Shown in pieces: positions 19,647 to 30,330 of a DNA stretch of 64,000 nt (positions are counted from its first letter, which is position 1; each line of letters begins with the position of its first letter). The notes below the pieces were generated by a model. That model was not told the DNA's origin, ran no database searches, and saw only the letters and a program-made list of their open reading frames with translations. Source of the DNA: a virus. A program made the position numbers and the translations under genes. The stretch lies in IMG/VR virus record IMGVR_UViG_3300025102_000012, positions 28,809 to 92,808 of that record; one strand, 5' to 3'.

Positions 19647-20248
19647 TACCACTTCACCTCCAAGTCTTTTTGTTTTTCTTTTTCAATAGAAAACGCCTTT
19701 ACTATACCGTTTTCTTTACCATATTGCCATAAATCATATACTAACTTTGTATCTTTCATACAATAATCAACAACTTCATTGTATTTTCCCATCTTCCACA
19801 GTTTTGGTGCATCTGCACTATCCATTAGTTTAGAATCTTGCATTGTGCATTTCACTAAATTCTTAAGTTGGAATCTCTCACCGTGTTCTTTTAATAAGAT
19901 TTTAGAAGTGTCTATGTATTGTTTTTCTTCTAAAAACTTTCTAATACAATATATATCTAAAGAGTCCCTAAGTATGGGTAAGTCAAACGCTACTATATTA
20001 TGTCCTAATAGTTTTACACCCTTTTGTAGATGTTCATCTAAATCAAACTTAAGTTGTCTTAGGGGCTTAACGATAAAATTAGATTTATTAATGCTATCTA
20101 ATCCTTCATCTAAATACACAGTACCAGTGTTACCATCCCAAGTAGCAACAGTAGAAACTTGAAACATATGCGTATTAGAAAAGCCGCCTATTTCATAAGA
20201 CATATTCTTTGTCTCTATATCAAGAGCCAAAACCGACATACTTCTCAT
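19646..20248 (-). CDS. DEDD/RNase H-like 3'-5' exonuclease
   Basis: LDIET, GHNIVAFD, YCMKD motifs. Confidence 0.8.
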   Translation of the reverse strand: MRSMSVLALDIETKNMSYEIGGFSNTHMFQVSTVATWDGNTGTVYLDEGLDSINKSNFIVKPLRQLKFDLDEHLQKGVKLLGHNIVAFDLPILRDSLDIYCIRKFLEEKQYIDTSKILLKEHGERFQLKNLVKCTMQDSKLMDSADAPKLWKMGKYNEVVDYCMKDTKLVYDLWQYGKENGIVKAFSIEKEKQKDLEVKW

Positions 20249-20478
20249 TCCTTTGAAGGACTAGACCAAAGTTTTGCGACTTTCTGTTCTTCCTTATTGA
20301 CTGTAGGTTCTGCATCTATGTCTGTTCTTCTTTTTAAGAAACAAACTATTTGCGAACCGGCTACAATCAATTGAGAACAACATTCCCATCCTTCGTCACC
20401 ATAAGTATTCAATGTATCTATAATTACTTTCGGCCCCTTTGCTACTTCAAAAACTAGGTATGTATTTTCCCACTTCAT
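20245..20478 (-). CDS. DUF4177-like small protein
   Basis: KWE..Y...LNTYGDEGWE...FLKR. Confidence 0.65.
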   Translation of the reverse strand: MKWENTYLVFEVAKGPKVIIDTLNTYGDEGWECCSQLIVAGSQIVCFLKRRTDIDAEPTVNKEEQKVAKLWSSPSKE

Positions 20479-21944
20479 TTATCTTCACCTCTCATTACTA
20501 ACTTAATATAAGTGCTTCTTCCTTCTCTTACTTCTTCAAACTTATGTTTAATGATATCATAATATCTGTATATTTGTGACCTTGATTTTTTTGCTTTCTT
20601 TCTAACATCGGTTAAGAACAGGCTTTTGTTTATATATCCATTTTCGTCTTTCTTTATTTTATCGTATGTTGCTAGGAATAGTGGTTCTAGTGAATTCTCG
20701 GCTATACTTTGCCTCTTGACCTTTAGGCTTTGCTCTAACCACATAACCAATGTCTTATAACATTGTTGCACAAGAAGGGATGCTTGATGCACATGAACAC
20801 CACTTACAATGAAGCGGTCTTTCTTAGAAGTAATGGAGGGAGCGGAAGCAACTGAACATAAAACGGACATCTTAATCATTATTTTCATTAATCTAGTTGT
20901 GAAATTAGAACAAATCTTAGCAACATCCGGTCTAGTATTTTGTAGTTCAATGTTCATTTTAGTATATTCTAACTTCAATGCTTGTCTAAAGTCCGGACTA
21001 TAAGTGATAGTCTTGAGTGGATTTTTACCTACCTCGTCATATCTCTCTCTAACTAAGTTGTATATGGCTACCAAAGAATCAGCGAACTTATCAACGGGTG
21101 CATTTACTTCTTCTATAGTTCCTGCTTTGTCAATCTGCTCTATTCTCATTTCATCTTGAATGTATTGTGGAACATCCCAAACATAAAGAAGCATCCTTTG
21201 TAGAACACCTTTTTCTGCCATAATAGTATTTAGATTATTAGGGGGATAAGTCATTGCTAATACTGACCTCTCACAATAACAATTCATTGTTTGACCATCC
21301 ATTGAGTCTAAGGCTTTTGAGATGACCCAAGATTCTCCGGCTAATGAATTCATTAAAGTATTCAAATAAACAATGCTTTGTTCTTTATGTTGAGATTGTT
21401 TAAATATTCCCGAATATTCAAATTCATCCCAATGGGCTAAACCATTTCCTTCAAGAATACCCGGTCTTCTTCTCCAATCCACCTCACCATCTTCATTTTC
21501 ATCTTTAACATATTTACCAATCAAGACTGAATCAGTATAATCGGTTACTGAAAATGTATTGAAAATTCTTTCCATAGGGAGATTATTTTCATTTCTGTAT
21601 GGTGGATGTTTGCCTATCGCATTTATTTTCTCAAATGTCTTGTTTGCTACTTTACCCACAAAGTTCCAAAGAGTAGATTTACCCGTTCCCGATGTTTGAA
21701 CCCAACAAAAATGTATTCTGCTATCTTCAATATTTCTGCCATTTGGAATCCTAATAAAATCTTTACAGATTTGTCCTAACATAACAAAGTAGGATATACT
21801 AGCCGGTATTGGATTTGAGTGTGATACTTCAAGTGCCGAGTTTTTAAATTCTCTAACTACATAAGGTAGGGCTTGGTTCAAAATCTTTGCGTCTTCTTCA
21901 AAGGAATCGTATTCCTCATTTTCTATATTTTCTTCTTCATTCAT
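20475..21944 (-). CDS. AAA+ ATPase, putative replicative (MCM-like) helicase
   Basis: Walker A SGTGKST, Walker B WDEFE, PGIL, Arg finger LQRML, C-terminal HTH-like segment. Confidence 0.65.
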   Translation of the reverse strand: MNEEENIENEEYDSFEEDAKILNQALPYVVREFKNSALEVSHSNPIPASISYFVMLGQICKDFIRIPNGRNIEDSRIHFCWVQTSGTGKSTLWNFVGKVANKTFEKINAIGKHPPYRNENNLPMERIFNTFSVTDYTDSVLIGKYVKDENEDGEVDWRRRPGILEGNGLAHWDEFEYSGIFKQSQHKEQSIVYLNTLMNSLAGESWVISKALDSMDGQTMNCYCERSVLAMTYPPNNLNTIMAEKGVLQRMLLYVWDVPQYIQDEMRIEQIDKAGTIEEVNAPVDKFADSLVAIYNLVRERYDEVGKNPLKTITYSPDFRQALKLEYTKMNIELQNTRPDVAKICSNFTTRLMKIMIKMSVLCSVASAPSITSKKDRFIVSGVHVHQASLLVQQCYKTLVMWLEQSLKVKRQSIAENSLEPLFLATYDKIKKDENGYINKSLFLTDVRKKAKKSRSQIYRYYDIIKHKFEEVREGRSTYIKLVMRGEDK

Positions 21945-22630
21945 ATTTTCACCTTCTCTTCCGAGTTTAATGTGGAGAGTATTCTGTTGGCTAGGGCTTC
22001 TCCAATCCCGTCAATTACTTGGAGTTGATACTCCGAGCATTCTCCTATTTCCATAATAGAGCCAAATTCTTTTATTAGTGCTTTTGCTTTTTTAATTGAT
22101 ATTCCTTTAATACTGGTTAATAAATCTAATCTTAAATCATCTGTTGTTATTCTTTTAAACACTTGTGGGGATATTGTATTTCTTGTTATTGGTTTCATTT
22201 TGCTTACTGCTGTTATTATTAATGCTGCTTCTTCTTCATTACTTACCCAAATGGGTTTTATGTCTGTATCTAATATTATTCTTCCTAATGCTCCTAAAAA
22301 CTTATTATTTAGCATTACCTTTCTTGAAGAAATAGGCATTTTTGTCTTTGAATTAGCCAAGATATTTAAAATTGCTTCTTCTAAAGACCCATGTATAATG
22401 ACTACATTTGTTTTGTAGTGTCTATCCATATTATCTAATTGAGTCCAAAGCCTTTTTGACAAAACTGAACCTAAGAAATCTATAGTAGACTTTGCTTCAA
22501 AACAAACATCATCATATACATAATCACCTATTTCAATCCATTTCTTTTCATGGGGTATATTAAGAGCCTTAGCCTTCTTCATTACCAATTCAGCAAGATT
22601 TGACTTTTCTCTTGAATCAATTACTAGCAC
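21941..22630 (-). CDS. ERCC4/XPF (Hef-like) structure-specific nuclease with HhH motifs
   Basis: VIDSRE, GDY, EAKS..DF..S, C-terminal IKGIS/IDGIG HhH. Confidence 0.85.
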   Translation of the reverse strand: MLVIDSREKSNLAELVMKKAKALNIPHEKKWIEIGDYVYDDVCFEAKSTIDFLGSVLSKRLWTQLDNMDRHYKTNVVIIHGSLEEAILNILANSKTKMPISSRKVMLNNKFLGALGRIILDTDIKPIWVSNEEEAALIITAVSKMKPITRNTISPQVFKRITTDDLRLDLLTSIKGISIKKAKALIKEFGSIMEIGECSEYQLQVIDGIGEALANRILSTLNSEEKVKI

Positions 22631-23657
22631 TGTGATACCTCCAACATTTACCAACACAAAATCCTTCGCTAATTAACTTGTCACAATGAGGGGTATTATA
22701 ATTATTGAATACTGTAAACTTTGCATGTTTTTTTGTGGTATGTTTATCCCAATCTAACCAAACTGTATCTGAATCTCCAAAAACTCTTTCTAACTCTTCT
22801 ATTACCAAATCTAATGTTTTTTGTTTTTCTTCAATAATTGTTAAATCACGATAGCCCGAAATCAAATCCCTATACCAAGATACTAGATATGCTCTTGCTA
22901 TGTGGGAAGGATTCTCCGTCATGACAGCATTGTGTAAACAAGGCAACATGGGTAATTTTCCTACCGTATCGGGAACAGAAACTTCCCCTTCAATCTCTTG
23001 AATAGGGGGTGCTTCGGGAAATACCACTAGTTTTTTTCCCTGTTTTTTGAAGGGTATATGGCGAGGTTCTTTTGCTAATAAAACCAATTGACTGAGAGGC
23101 AGTTTTAAGTCTTCTTTTAGTAAAGGAATGCAATAATATGGCATTTTATTTTCGTCGGATGATGACATATTTACTGTGTTAGGAACTCTTCGCAATCTAG
23201 TAGTTTGACCTACTCTATCATCTAATGAATTGTTTTCACCTACTTTAGAAACTAAGTGAGTTTTTATCTCTCTAAACTTTATCTGTATGTTTCTCATATT
23301 ATGAGTTTCTTCACCAAATAAGAACAAATGGAAGCCTCTTCCTGAAAAGAAAAGAGTATGTTCATACTCTTTAGAATATACTAATTCCATTACTATTTTT
23401 AAATCATTCCATGCTTTTTCTAAGTCATCTTCGTGAGCATCAAAGTCTAAAAAAATTCTATCTAATATTACAGTAGAATCTATCTTTGCTTTTTCAGTAA
23501 ATTGTCTAAAATCATATACAGTGGTATAGACATTCATCCTATTGTTTTGAGCATTAACAAAACCAATGTACTCATTTCTATTGAATACTATTCTTCTCTT
23601 CATCTGTGGAGCGTTCTTTATGTGACTCCCCGCCCACACTTCCCTCGGAAACTTCAT
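22617..23657 (-). CDS. Archaeo-eukaryotic primase with fused Cys-rich PriL-like domain
   Basis: DFD, FSGRGFH, RLRRVPNT; C-terminal PC...HC...GFCVGKC. Confidence 0.85.
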   Translation of the reverse strand: MKFPREVWAGSHIKNAPQMKRRIVFNRNEYIGFVNAQNNRMNVYTTVYDFRQFTEKAKIDSTVILDRIFLDFDAHEDDLEKAWNDLKIVMELVYSKEYEHTLFFSGRGFHLFLFGEETHNMRNIQIKFREIKTHLVSKVGENNSLDDRVGQTTRLRRVPNTVNMSSSDENKMPYYCIPLLKEDLKLPLSQLVLLAKEPRHIPFKKQGKKLVVFPEAPPIQEIEGEVSVPDTVGKLPMLPCLHNAVMTENPSHIARAYLVSWYRDLISGYRDLTIIEEKQKTLDLVIEELERVFGDSDTVWLDWDKHTTKKHAKFTVFNNYNTPHCDKLISEGFCVGKCWRYHSASN

Positions 23658-23943
23658 TTTTATTACCTCCAAAATTTACTGTTGCTGTACCTAGCATTTG
23701 TTTTATTACTTCTGCTACATCAGCCTGTATTTGTATTAACCCAATGTCTCTAAAGACATCTTCATATGCTTTTCCTAGCATATTATCATTTATTCTAATT
23801 TCTCTTACTAAGTCAAATCTTTCTTTAAGCGATAGTTCAATGTATATCTCTTTGGCCAAAAGACCAATAGAGTTTGCTAAATCACTTACTTCTAGAAATG
23901 ACCAGTTCTTAGACAGCACCTTACTTTTAATTAAATCTTTCAT
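23578..23943 (-). CDS. Hypothetical protein
   Basis: Likely start MKDLIKSK at 23943, just after the upstream stop. Confidence 0.5.
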   Translation of the reverse strand: MKDLIKSKVLSKNWSFLEVSDLANSIGLLAKEIYIELSLKERFDLVREIRINDNMLGKAYEDVFRDIGLIQIQADVAEVIKQMLGTATVNFGGNKNEVSEGSVGGESHKERSTDEEKNSIQ

Positions 23944-23947
23944 ATTA

Positions 23948-24853
23948 TCACAACCATGTATCTTCATTCGCACCATCACATATTCCAAAATAACTACAGT
24001 GTTGGCACATTCTATAAAAGAACTTATGAGGAAATTCCTTCCTTTCATAAGCATATATCAATTTAGCAATATTGTTCATTACAGAAGTCATTGAAGCCTT
24101 CTTAATTGGTTCGGCATAAACATAATTAGAAACAGGATAATACCAACCCCAATGACTAACTTTCATGTCTCTAGTTAATCCGTTTTTAATTAGAACTTCA
24201 TCGGGTGCATTCTCTATTAGAAGTTGATAGAAAGCCATTTCTTGCCTCATAGAAGTTGTTTTGTAGTCTTTCCAGCCACCAGTTTTATATTCAAAAGGAA
24301 TTAACTTACCATCTTCGATGAAGATTCGGTCAATTATGCCTTGAATATGTATAACATAATCTCTAGATAATGTGAATTTTTTATTCGTATCTGCCCTAAT
24401 TGTAATCTCAGCATCAAACTTTCCTTCATTTGAGATAGGTAAGAACTCATGGGTTTTATTTTCAGATACTGATTCAATGAATCTTTGGGCTTCAAAGGCC
24501 GCTACTGTTAAAGATATGTCAAAATATTCATCTACTGGCATTAAACCAGTGGCATATTCTACTATTTCTGAATTATTCATAGTAGTGGCTTTTTGTATAT
24601 CAAAATCATTAAAGAAATTTTCTCTATGATTATGTAATATTGTACCTTTACGCATTGCTTCTGTTTGGTCTTGTGGTAATCTTTCAATGTAGTTATATTT
24701 ATATTTTAAACTACACCAGTTAAAAGAACCTAGAGAAGATTTAGTTATCTTCAAAATAGGTTGTGATGGGTCATCGAAATTATCGGGTTGCCACTGATAT
24801 GTGTAATCTTTCATTGTTGCTATTTTTGCATTATATTTTTCATCTGTATTCAT
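23948..24853 (-). CDS. Cas4-like PD-(D/E)XK nuclease
   Basis: ITKSSL..F.WC, GTILH, GIIDRI, EYKTG, C-terminal CQHCSYFGIC. Confidence 0.8.
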   Translation of the reverse strand: MNTDEKYNAKIATMKDYTYQWQPDNFDDPSQPILKITKSSLGSFNWCSLKYKYNYIERLPQDQTEAMRKGTILHNHRENFFNDFDIQKATTMNNSEIVEYATGLMPVDEYFDISLTVAAFEAQRFIESVSENKTHEFLPISNEGKFDAEITIRADTNKKFTLSRDYVIHIQGIIDRIFIEDGKLIPFEYKTGGWKDYKTTSMRQEMAFYQLLIENAPDEVLIKNGLTRDMKVSHWGWYYPVSNYVYAEPIKKASMTSVMNNIAKLIYAYERKEFPHKFFYRMCQHCSYFGICDGANEDTWL

Positions 24854-24983
24854 CTTTTATTTCCCCTATAATAAAAATCATATAATCTTCAAAATCATAG
24901 TCCTCAAAATATCCTTCAACTTGTGCTGATTGATAGTCTTTCCATAACTCTTCTTTTCTTTTATCTAATTCTTCTCTATTCAT

Positions 24984-25898
24984 TTAAAACCACTCCGTTA
25001 AGGACATTGGAATCCAACCTGTTCTAATACTTGAAATATCCCAATCCATAGCCTCATAGATTGGTTTTGCTTTTTTGATAATTTGCTCGGCATAATGTTC
25101 ATGAGCAGGAATTTGTTTCTTAAAATCAGTAGCGATGTTACCTGCTACGAACTCTACATTCTTTTTCTCTTTGGTTAGAGGATTAATATAAGTTTCATTT
25201 AAAGGTCTTACTTTCATAAACAAATAAGAATCTTCAAAATTATCTTCTCCCTTTTGCCAAGAATATAAAACACCTGCTATTCCCGAACCAATAGAAGGTC
25301 TTTTCTGTTCTATCGTTAGAAACTCACTTACAGGAGTTCCACATTTATGGGTTCCTGCTCTACCTTCATTTTCACCACATAAGGCTAATTTAGTCAAATT
25401 TTTGAGATGATATTTTCTCTTACAGGATTGACACTGAACCATAAATCTAGATTCTTTAAGTCTACTTCTTTTTAATAGGAGAGAATTATCTACTTCCCCA
25501 CTAAGAATATTATTGTAAATAGTGCTAAGGTAATCGTTTATTTCTTTCATGCTTCTTTTAGTGACCCACATTTTAAGAGCCGTTGTTTGAACATCTTTTT
25601 CTAATTGTGTGGCGCTGACTCTTTTGGCAGTAAACCCAGTCATAACAAACTCCGGTTCGTCTAACCATTCTCCATCTTTCCATGTAATCATACCTGCATT
25701 TCTATTCTTAGTTGTGCCTACCCCTAATGCTGAATAATATTTCTCAAACTCTAACACAACAGGGTGTTGTTCTAATCCCATAACATTAGGAAAGTGTTCT
25801 CTTACACTAGTCTCAATCTCTTTGATTACTTCTTCGGCTTTCTCAACAGAATCTATTTGCACATAGATTGAATCTGTGTGTCCGTAAACTACTTTCAT
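24984..25898 (-). CDS. polB: Family B DNA polymerase, C-terminal part (motif C + thumb)
   Basis: VVYGHTDSIYV, LEFEKYY, KNRNAG, GFTAKR; Cys-rich insert. Confidence 0.85.
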   Translation of the reverse strand: MKVVYGHTDSIYVQIDSVEKAEEVIKEIETSVREHFPNVMGLEQHPVVLEFEKYYSALGVGTTKNRNAGMITWKDGEWLDEPEFVMTGFTAKRVSATQLEKDVQTTALKMWVTKRSMKEINDYLSTIYNNILSGEVDNSLLLKRSRLKESRFMVQCQSCKRKYHLKNLTKLALCGENEGRAGTHKCGTPVSEFLTIEQKRPSIGSGIAGVLYSWQKGEDNFEDSYLFMKVRPLNETYINPLTKEKKNVEFVAGNIATDFKKQIPAHEHYAEQIIKKAKPIYEAMDWDISSIRTGWIPMSLTEWF

Positions 25899-25899
25899 T

Positions 25900-26828
25900 T
25901 TAACCAATCCTTTGATGTGTAATAATACCTATTCTTTTGCCATTGACATATAAAGATACTATGTCGTTATTAACCATAACAGTAGTAACATCATCTACAT
26001 ATCTTTTCATCCAACCAATAAGTTCTCTTTCTGTTTTCTTATTCATGACATTCCCACCCTAGTTGGTGCAAGTATCTTATTAATAGGATAAAAGTCGCCT
26101 TTATCTCTAAGATACTCTTGTATCTCACATACTGCTCTTGCTAATTTAGCATTGTCTATCTCAAATAATGTATCTAGGTCTTTTTCTAAACCTTTGATTT
26201 TATTTTCTAAATTTTCTATTCTTCTTTTTGTATTTTCATTCATAATATCACCGTTATTATAGTTATGATGGTTGCTATGTTTACGATATTTACCATCATT
26301 AATATCTTATTACTTCTTGCTATCATAGCCAGCAATTCTTCTAATAACTCATTCGTTCTGTCCATCATCATTTTTATCTACTCCTTGTTCGATGTCAATG
26401 ATAACAGCATTACGCTTCAAATTATTCATCATTTGAAATATCTCCTCAACTTCTTGTAAAGTAATAACCCAAGTTTCTTCTGTATCATAAGATACCTTTA
26501 CTGTTACATATTTTGTCTTCATAGTTCTTTCCTCCTATATACTCCGTTTCTTAACTTCTCTACATTAGGAAGCCTGTTCAATAACCAACCAATTGCTGAT
26601 GCGGTTCCTATACTAGAAGTATTTCCTTTATTATGAATAATTCTATCTAGAATTTGACCGGAAGTAAACTCCCCGTTCATAGTTTCTACCGTTTCTGTTA
26701 TCCATTTTCTAAATATCTTATTCATCGTTAGACCTCATTTTTAATTCTTCTGCACATCTTTTACAATGAAACTTACCCTCAAATTGGGGATTGTGTACTA
26801 ATGGTTTCATACATTTTATTCTATTCAC
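25900..26828 (-). other. About six small ORFs between the two polB halves
   Basis: 25900..26046, 26043..26243, 26240..26371, ~26350..26522, 26519..26725 (wHTH-like), ~26720..26828; overlapping starts and stops. Confidence 0.55.
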
Positions 26829-28477
26829 ACTTGCAACTCCTTAGCCTTAAACGCTGCCAATCTAATTGCTTCTCTTGCACTAGCAGTAATGCTAGCGGCT
26901 AAATCTACATCAGCCCATCCGAACCCTTGAAACGCTAATACACCATAGAAAGAAGCCATTAGTCTTTTTACTGCCATTTGGTTATTGTACCATTTAGAGT
27001 ATTCATTGTTGTCTTTGGCACCTTTCATTCTTTTCTTGTATTCATTTCTTAGTTCCTTTAATTCAAGAACTGCTCTAGGTAAAAGACCTAAACTATCTGT
27101 TTTGTAGTAGAGCATTTCTTGATTAGTTATAGCAGTAAAGTCTCTAGGAGTTGATATATTTACACCAAATTCGGTAGGTGTTTCACTCTTAGTTTCCCAA
27201 GATATGTTTCTAGCAACCATCATTGAAGGATATAGTTGTGCAAAATCAAAAGCCGCTACATTAAGATGAAGACCTTGAGTTTGTTCACTTAAAGGGTCAT
27301 AAATCATAGCCCCATCATATTCTTTTCTCTCTACATTTCTATCTCCAGTTGGTGCTTTCCACCAAGCATTTCTCATAAAGTAAATACTTCCCATATGAGA
27401 AGCATAGAAACAAGCATCGAATGGTGCTTTTAGTAGTCTTTGTAATGACAATATTGCTTCGCTACAATAATTCATTTCATCAATTCTAACAATAAGTTCT
27501 ACATCTTTTAGAGCGTATTCAAGATAAGTTTCTGTATCTTCTAACCAAGCCCTACGGAAAAACTCATTCTTATCGCTGAATTTACTTTCTTTTACCTTAC
27601 CTTCTTCAAAGAGTAATTGAGATACATATTCTAAAGATAAAGATGGTAGTGTTCCTCTTTGGGAATCAGTCCATTGCCTTTCAAATGCTACTTCAAGAGA
27701 GAGCGTTATGCGGCCTCCTATAGGTTGTTCTATTGAATTGAATCCTCTTTCAGCATTAGCAAAAGAAAAGCCCTCAGTAGTCTTCTTAACTCCCTTAACA
27801 TAGGCAATAGGAGACATTATTTGTGGGTCTAATCCTACAGCACATGCCCTATCTATTAGTTTAGGAATATCAGCAAAGTTACCAAACCAAGCAATTAACA
27901 TATCAGGGTCTTTTACAACCATTGTAGTCATGAAGTCTTCAAGCATATCTTTTTCATTATCAAAGACTCTTTCTTTGTCATGAAAATAAATACCGCCTGT
28001 ATTAACACTGTTGGGAAACCAAGCCCACTGATAGTATTCTTTATCATAATTATCATATGCTACAATAGTAGTAATACAATCGTGATAATCTCCACCTTGT
28101 TGCCATTCCATATCCCAATACCATTTTCTTAAATCATATTCGGGCATTTCATCAATACAATCAACTGCATATCTAAAATGAAAAGGAACATCTGCTTCAT
28201 AAGTTTTTTTAAACTTTCTTTTTGCCTTTTCCAAATCATAAGAATTTTCTACATAAACTCGCTTTAATTGTTTTTTATTCAAGTTTAAAAAATCGCCCTT
28301 TTCATACTCAAAATCTCTTTCAATATATTTGGAAGCATTGTATGAAGTAGGTTCTTTTACCTTATCGGCAATATAGAAATATGGCTTGTATTCTTCTATC
28401 TTGTGTTCTTTTATGCCGTTTGTTCTCCAAGAAGTATAGATGCTTTTTCCATCGTTACATCTACTTATTATCATCAA
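26825..28477 (-). CDS. polB: Family B DNA polymerase, N-terminal part (exonuclease, motifs A and B)
   Basis: YEADVPF, WDMEW, YALKD, AFDFAQLYPSMM, QMAVKRLMASFYG; ends at ITASAREAI before motif C. Confidence 0.9.
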   Translation of the reverse strand: MMIISRCNDGKSIYTSWRTNGIKEHKIEEYKPYFYIADKVKEPTSYNASKYIERDFEYEKGDFLNLNKKQLKRVYVENSYDLEKAKRKFKKTYEADVPFHFRYAVDCIDEMPEYDLRKWYWDMEWQQGGDYHDCITTIVAYDNYDKEYYQWAWFPNSVNTGGIYFHDKERVFDNEKDMLEDFMTTMVVKDPDMLIAWFGNFADIPKLIDRACAVGLDPQIMSPIAYVKGVKKTTEGFSFANAERGFNSIEQPIGGRITLSLEVAFERQWTDSQRGTLPSLSLEYVSQLLFEEGKVKESKFSDKNEFFRRAWLEDTETYLEYALKDVELIVRIDEMNYCSEAILSLQRLLKAPFDACFYASHMGSIYFMRNAWWKAPTGDRNVERKEYDGAMIYDPLSEQTQGLHLNVAAFDFAQLYPSMMVARNISWETKSETPTEFGVNISTPRDFTAITNQEMLYYKTDSLGLLPRAVLELKELRNEYKKRMKGAKDNNEYSKWYNNQMAVKRLMASFYGVLAFQGFGWADVDLAASITASAREAIRLAAFKAKELQV

Positions 28478-29247
28478 TTACCACCGACATGGGGTGCTTT
28501 CATCAACATTCTATCGTTTGCTACTATCATCATAGGAAACTCATCTCTTACATAGAAGTTCAACAATTGGTCTTTCTTGAAGAAAGAATACAACGGAGAA
28601 CTAAAATCTAGAGTTGCTGATTCTCCAGTATTAAAAACAGCAGGTAAAACCTCTCTATACGAATTGGTGGCGTTGGTTGAAGAAGATATAACTACTTCTC
28701 CGTTATGGTAATTCAAATTATAAATTCCTTCACCGACTAATTCACAATTACGCAAACAACTTTGGAAGTCTTTTTGGTTTAAAGTAAAAGAACCTTCATA
28801 GTTTAAATTACTAAATGTGAAAAGAGTTGTTGGTTGTGGCTCATATCTTATGTGGCTAGTCATTTCAATTAATCTAGACAATGCTTCTTCATGTGGATGA
28901 TTAACTATCTTAGGAATACTAGCGGTTTTACTACCATTAGAAATAAGTATAAAATCACCAACAGTAATAGTTACAGTGCCATTAAATGATTTAAGGTACG
29001 GTAGAATAAGAGAAGCATCAGCATTACAGGTTCCTGTTTCGTGACCTTCTGTAGCAACCTCTAATGCTATCTTCAGCATAAAAGTAGAATCACCGTTTAC
29101 TAAAAGAAGTTGATTATCAACTAAATTAGCAGTAAAGACAGAACCAAAATTACCGGAACTAAATCCATTATTTGTTAGTCTCTTTCCTTTAACCTGTAGG
29201 CTTTCTAATGCTTCTTTAAGTTCAATACTATCTATTGTGAATCTCAT
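28474..29247 (-). CDS. PCNA-like sliding clamp
   Basis: 257 aa two-domain alpha/beta pattern, C-terminal PMMI...LMKAP; next to polB and RFC. Confidence 0.65.
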   Translation of the reverse strand: MRFTIDSIELKEALESLQVKGKRLTNNGFSSGNFGSVFTANLVDNQLLLVNGDSTFMLKIALEVATEGHETGTCNADASLILPYLKSFNGTVTITVGDFILISNGSKTASIPKIVNHPHEEALSRLIEMTSHIRYEPQPTTLFTFSNLNYEGSFTLNQKDFQSCLRNCELVGEGIYNLNYHNGEVVISSSTNATNSYREVLPAVFNTGESATLDFSSPLYSFFKKDQLLNFYVRDEFPMMIVANDRMLMKAPHVGGN

Positions 29248-30062
29248 AATTTACCATCTCTCAGTTCGGGAATACCATTCCAATTTACATTTCCATTTTT
29301 TATTTCTAAAGATTCCCAAACCTTTCCTACAAGGTTGGTATTTGTTTTACTACTCAGTAGTTCTGCTTTATACACTACATTCCCCTTACGGAGTGTTCTT
29401 CGTGTATTGACTACTTGGAATAAGTAATCTCCCCAATTGTGCCAATTAGGTTTTGTTCCTACTACTTCTCCGGTTGCACCGTAGTCAGCCTTTGAATGAG
29501 TAATGTAGATTTGGTCACAATTAAGATTCTTACACATTGCTAATAATGAATAGAATGGAGCATTTCTTTTACCCCACTCAAACTTCATCTTTTGTGGTTT
29601 ACCAATCTTAGAACTTCCTGTAACATGAAGCGTACAACAATCTAACCATTTATCTACACCATCAAATACAAAAAGAACATCTTCTCCTTCTTCTATTTTA
29701 GACTTAACAAAAAGAACAAAATCTTCCGAGTTTGCTTCCGACCTTTGTATATCTAGTTCACCATTAGCATTTCTAATTTCAGGATTCCAAAGTGTGATTC
29801 TATCTGTCATTTCGTGGTTTTGTCTCCATGTTGGTTCACAACCATCATCCCAATCCAAAACATAAATTTGTTTATCGGGGAAATCTAGTGCTAGACCGCT
29901 TTTTACAGTTTTAGGTTCTCCCCAAATACCGCAAACTAATCTGCTGTTTCTTCCTTTTCTTTCGGTTAGTTGCTTAATCAATTTATCTTGAAAGGCAACC
30001 ACTCTTGCGTTATTATTCATTTCGTTACTTACTGCTTTTCCTTTATTACTACTTAATCCCAT
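29244..30062 (-). CDS. P-loop ATPase (RecA/Sak4/AAA_24-like)
   Basis: GEPKTVKS Walker A, FVFDGVD Walker B, YITH. Confidence 0.65.
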   Translation of the reverse strand: MGLSSNKGKAVSNEMNNNARVVAFQDKLIKQLTERKGRNSRLVCGIWGEPKTVKSGLALDFPDKQIYVLDWDDGCEPTWRQNHEMTDRITLWNPEIRNANGELDIQRSEANSEDFVLFVKSKIEEGEDVLFVFDGVDKWLDCCTLHVTGSSKIGKPQKMKFEWGKRNAPFYSLLAMCKNLNCDQIYITHSKADYGATGEVVGTKPNWHNWGDYLFQVVNTRRTLRKGNVVYKAELLSSKTNTNLVGKVWESLEIKNGNVNWNGIPELRDGKL

Positions 30063-30063
30063 T

Positions 30064-30330
30064 TTAATACCTCCTATTTGTGTATTCTATTTCTTCTTTA
30101 TTGAAGAATATGTTTTTCATGCTTTTTGATGAAGCCCAATTCTCTAGAATCGTTATTGTTTCATCTAATGATTTAGTCATATATCTTGCTTCTTTTGCAC
30201 CCATATGAAACTTCATTTGCCATCTTTCGGGCTTATCTTCGTTTTGAGTATATGTTATAAAATCAACATTGTTGAAATCTATTACATATGCTCCTTTTTT
30301 GTTTAAAAATCTCTCTTCTTTTATATTCAT
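30064..30330 (-). CDS. Hypothetical protein
   Basis: ORF with GAGGT SD. Confidence 0.5.
   Translation of the reverse strand: MNIKEERFLNKKGAYVIDFNNVDFITYTQNEDKPERWQMKFHMGAKEARYMTKSLDETITILENWASSKSMKNIFFNKEEIEYTNRRY

Noticed and set aside
25900-26828. Intein or self-splicing intron in polB
   Set aside because: Both halves have their own start and stop, there are no intein terminal residues or endonuclease motifs, and the gap is filled with ordinary small ORFs.
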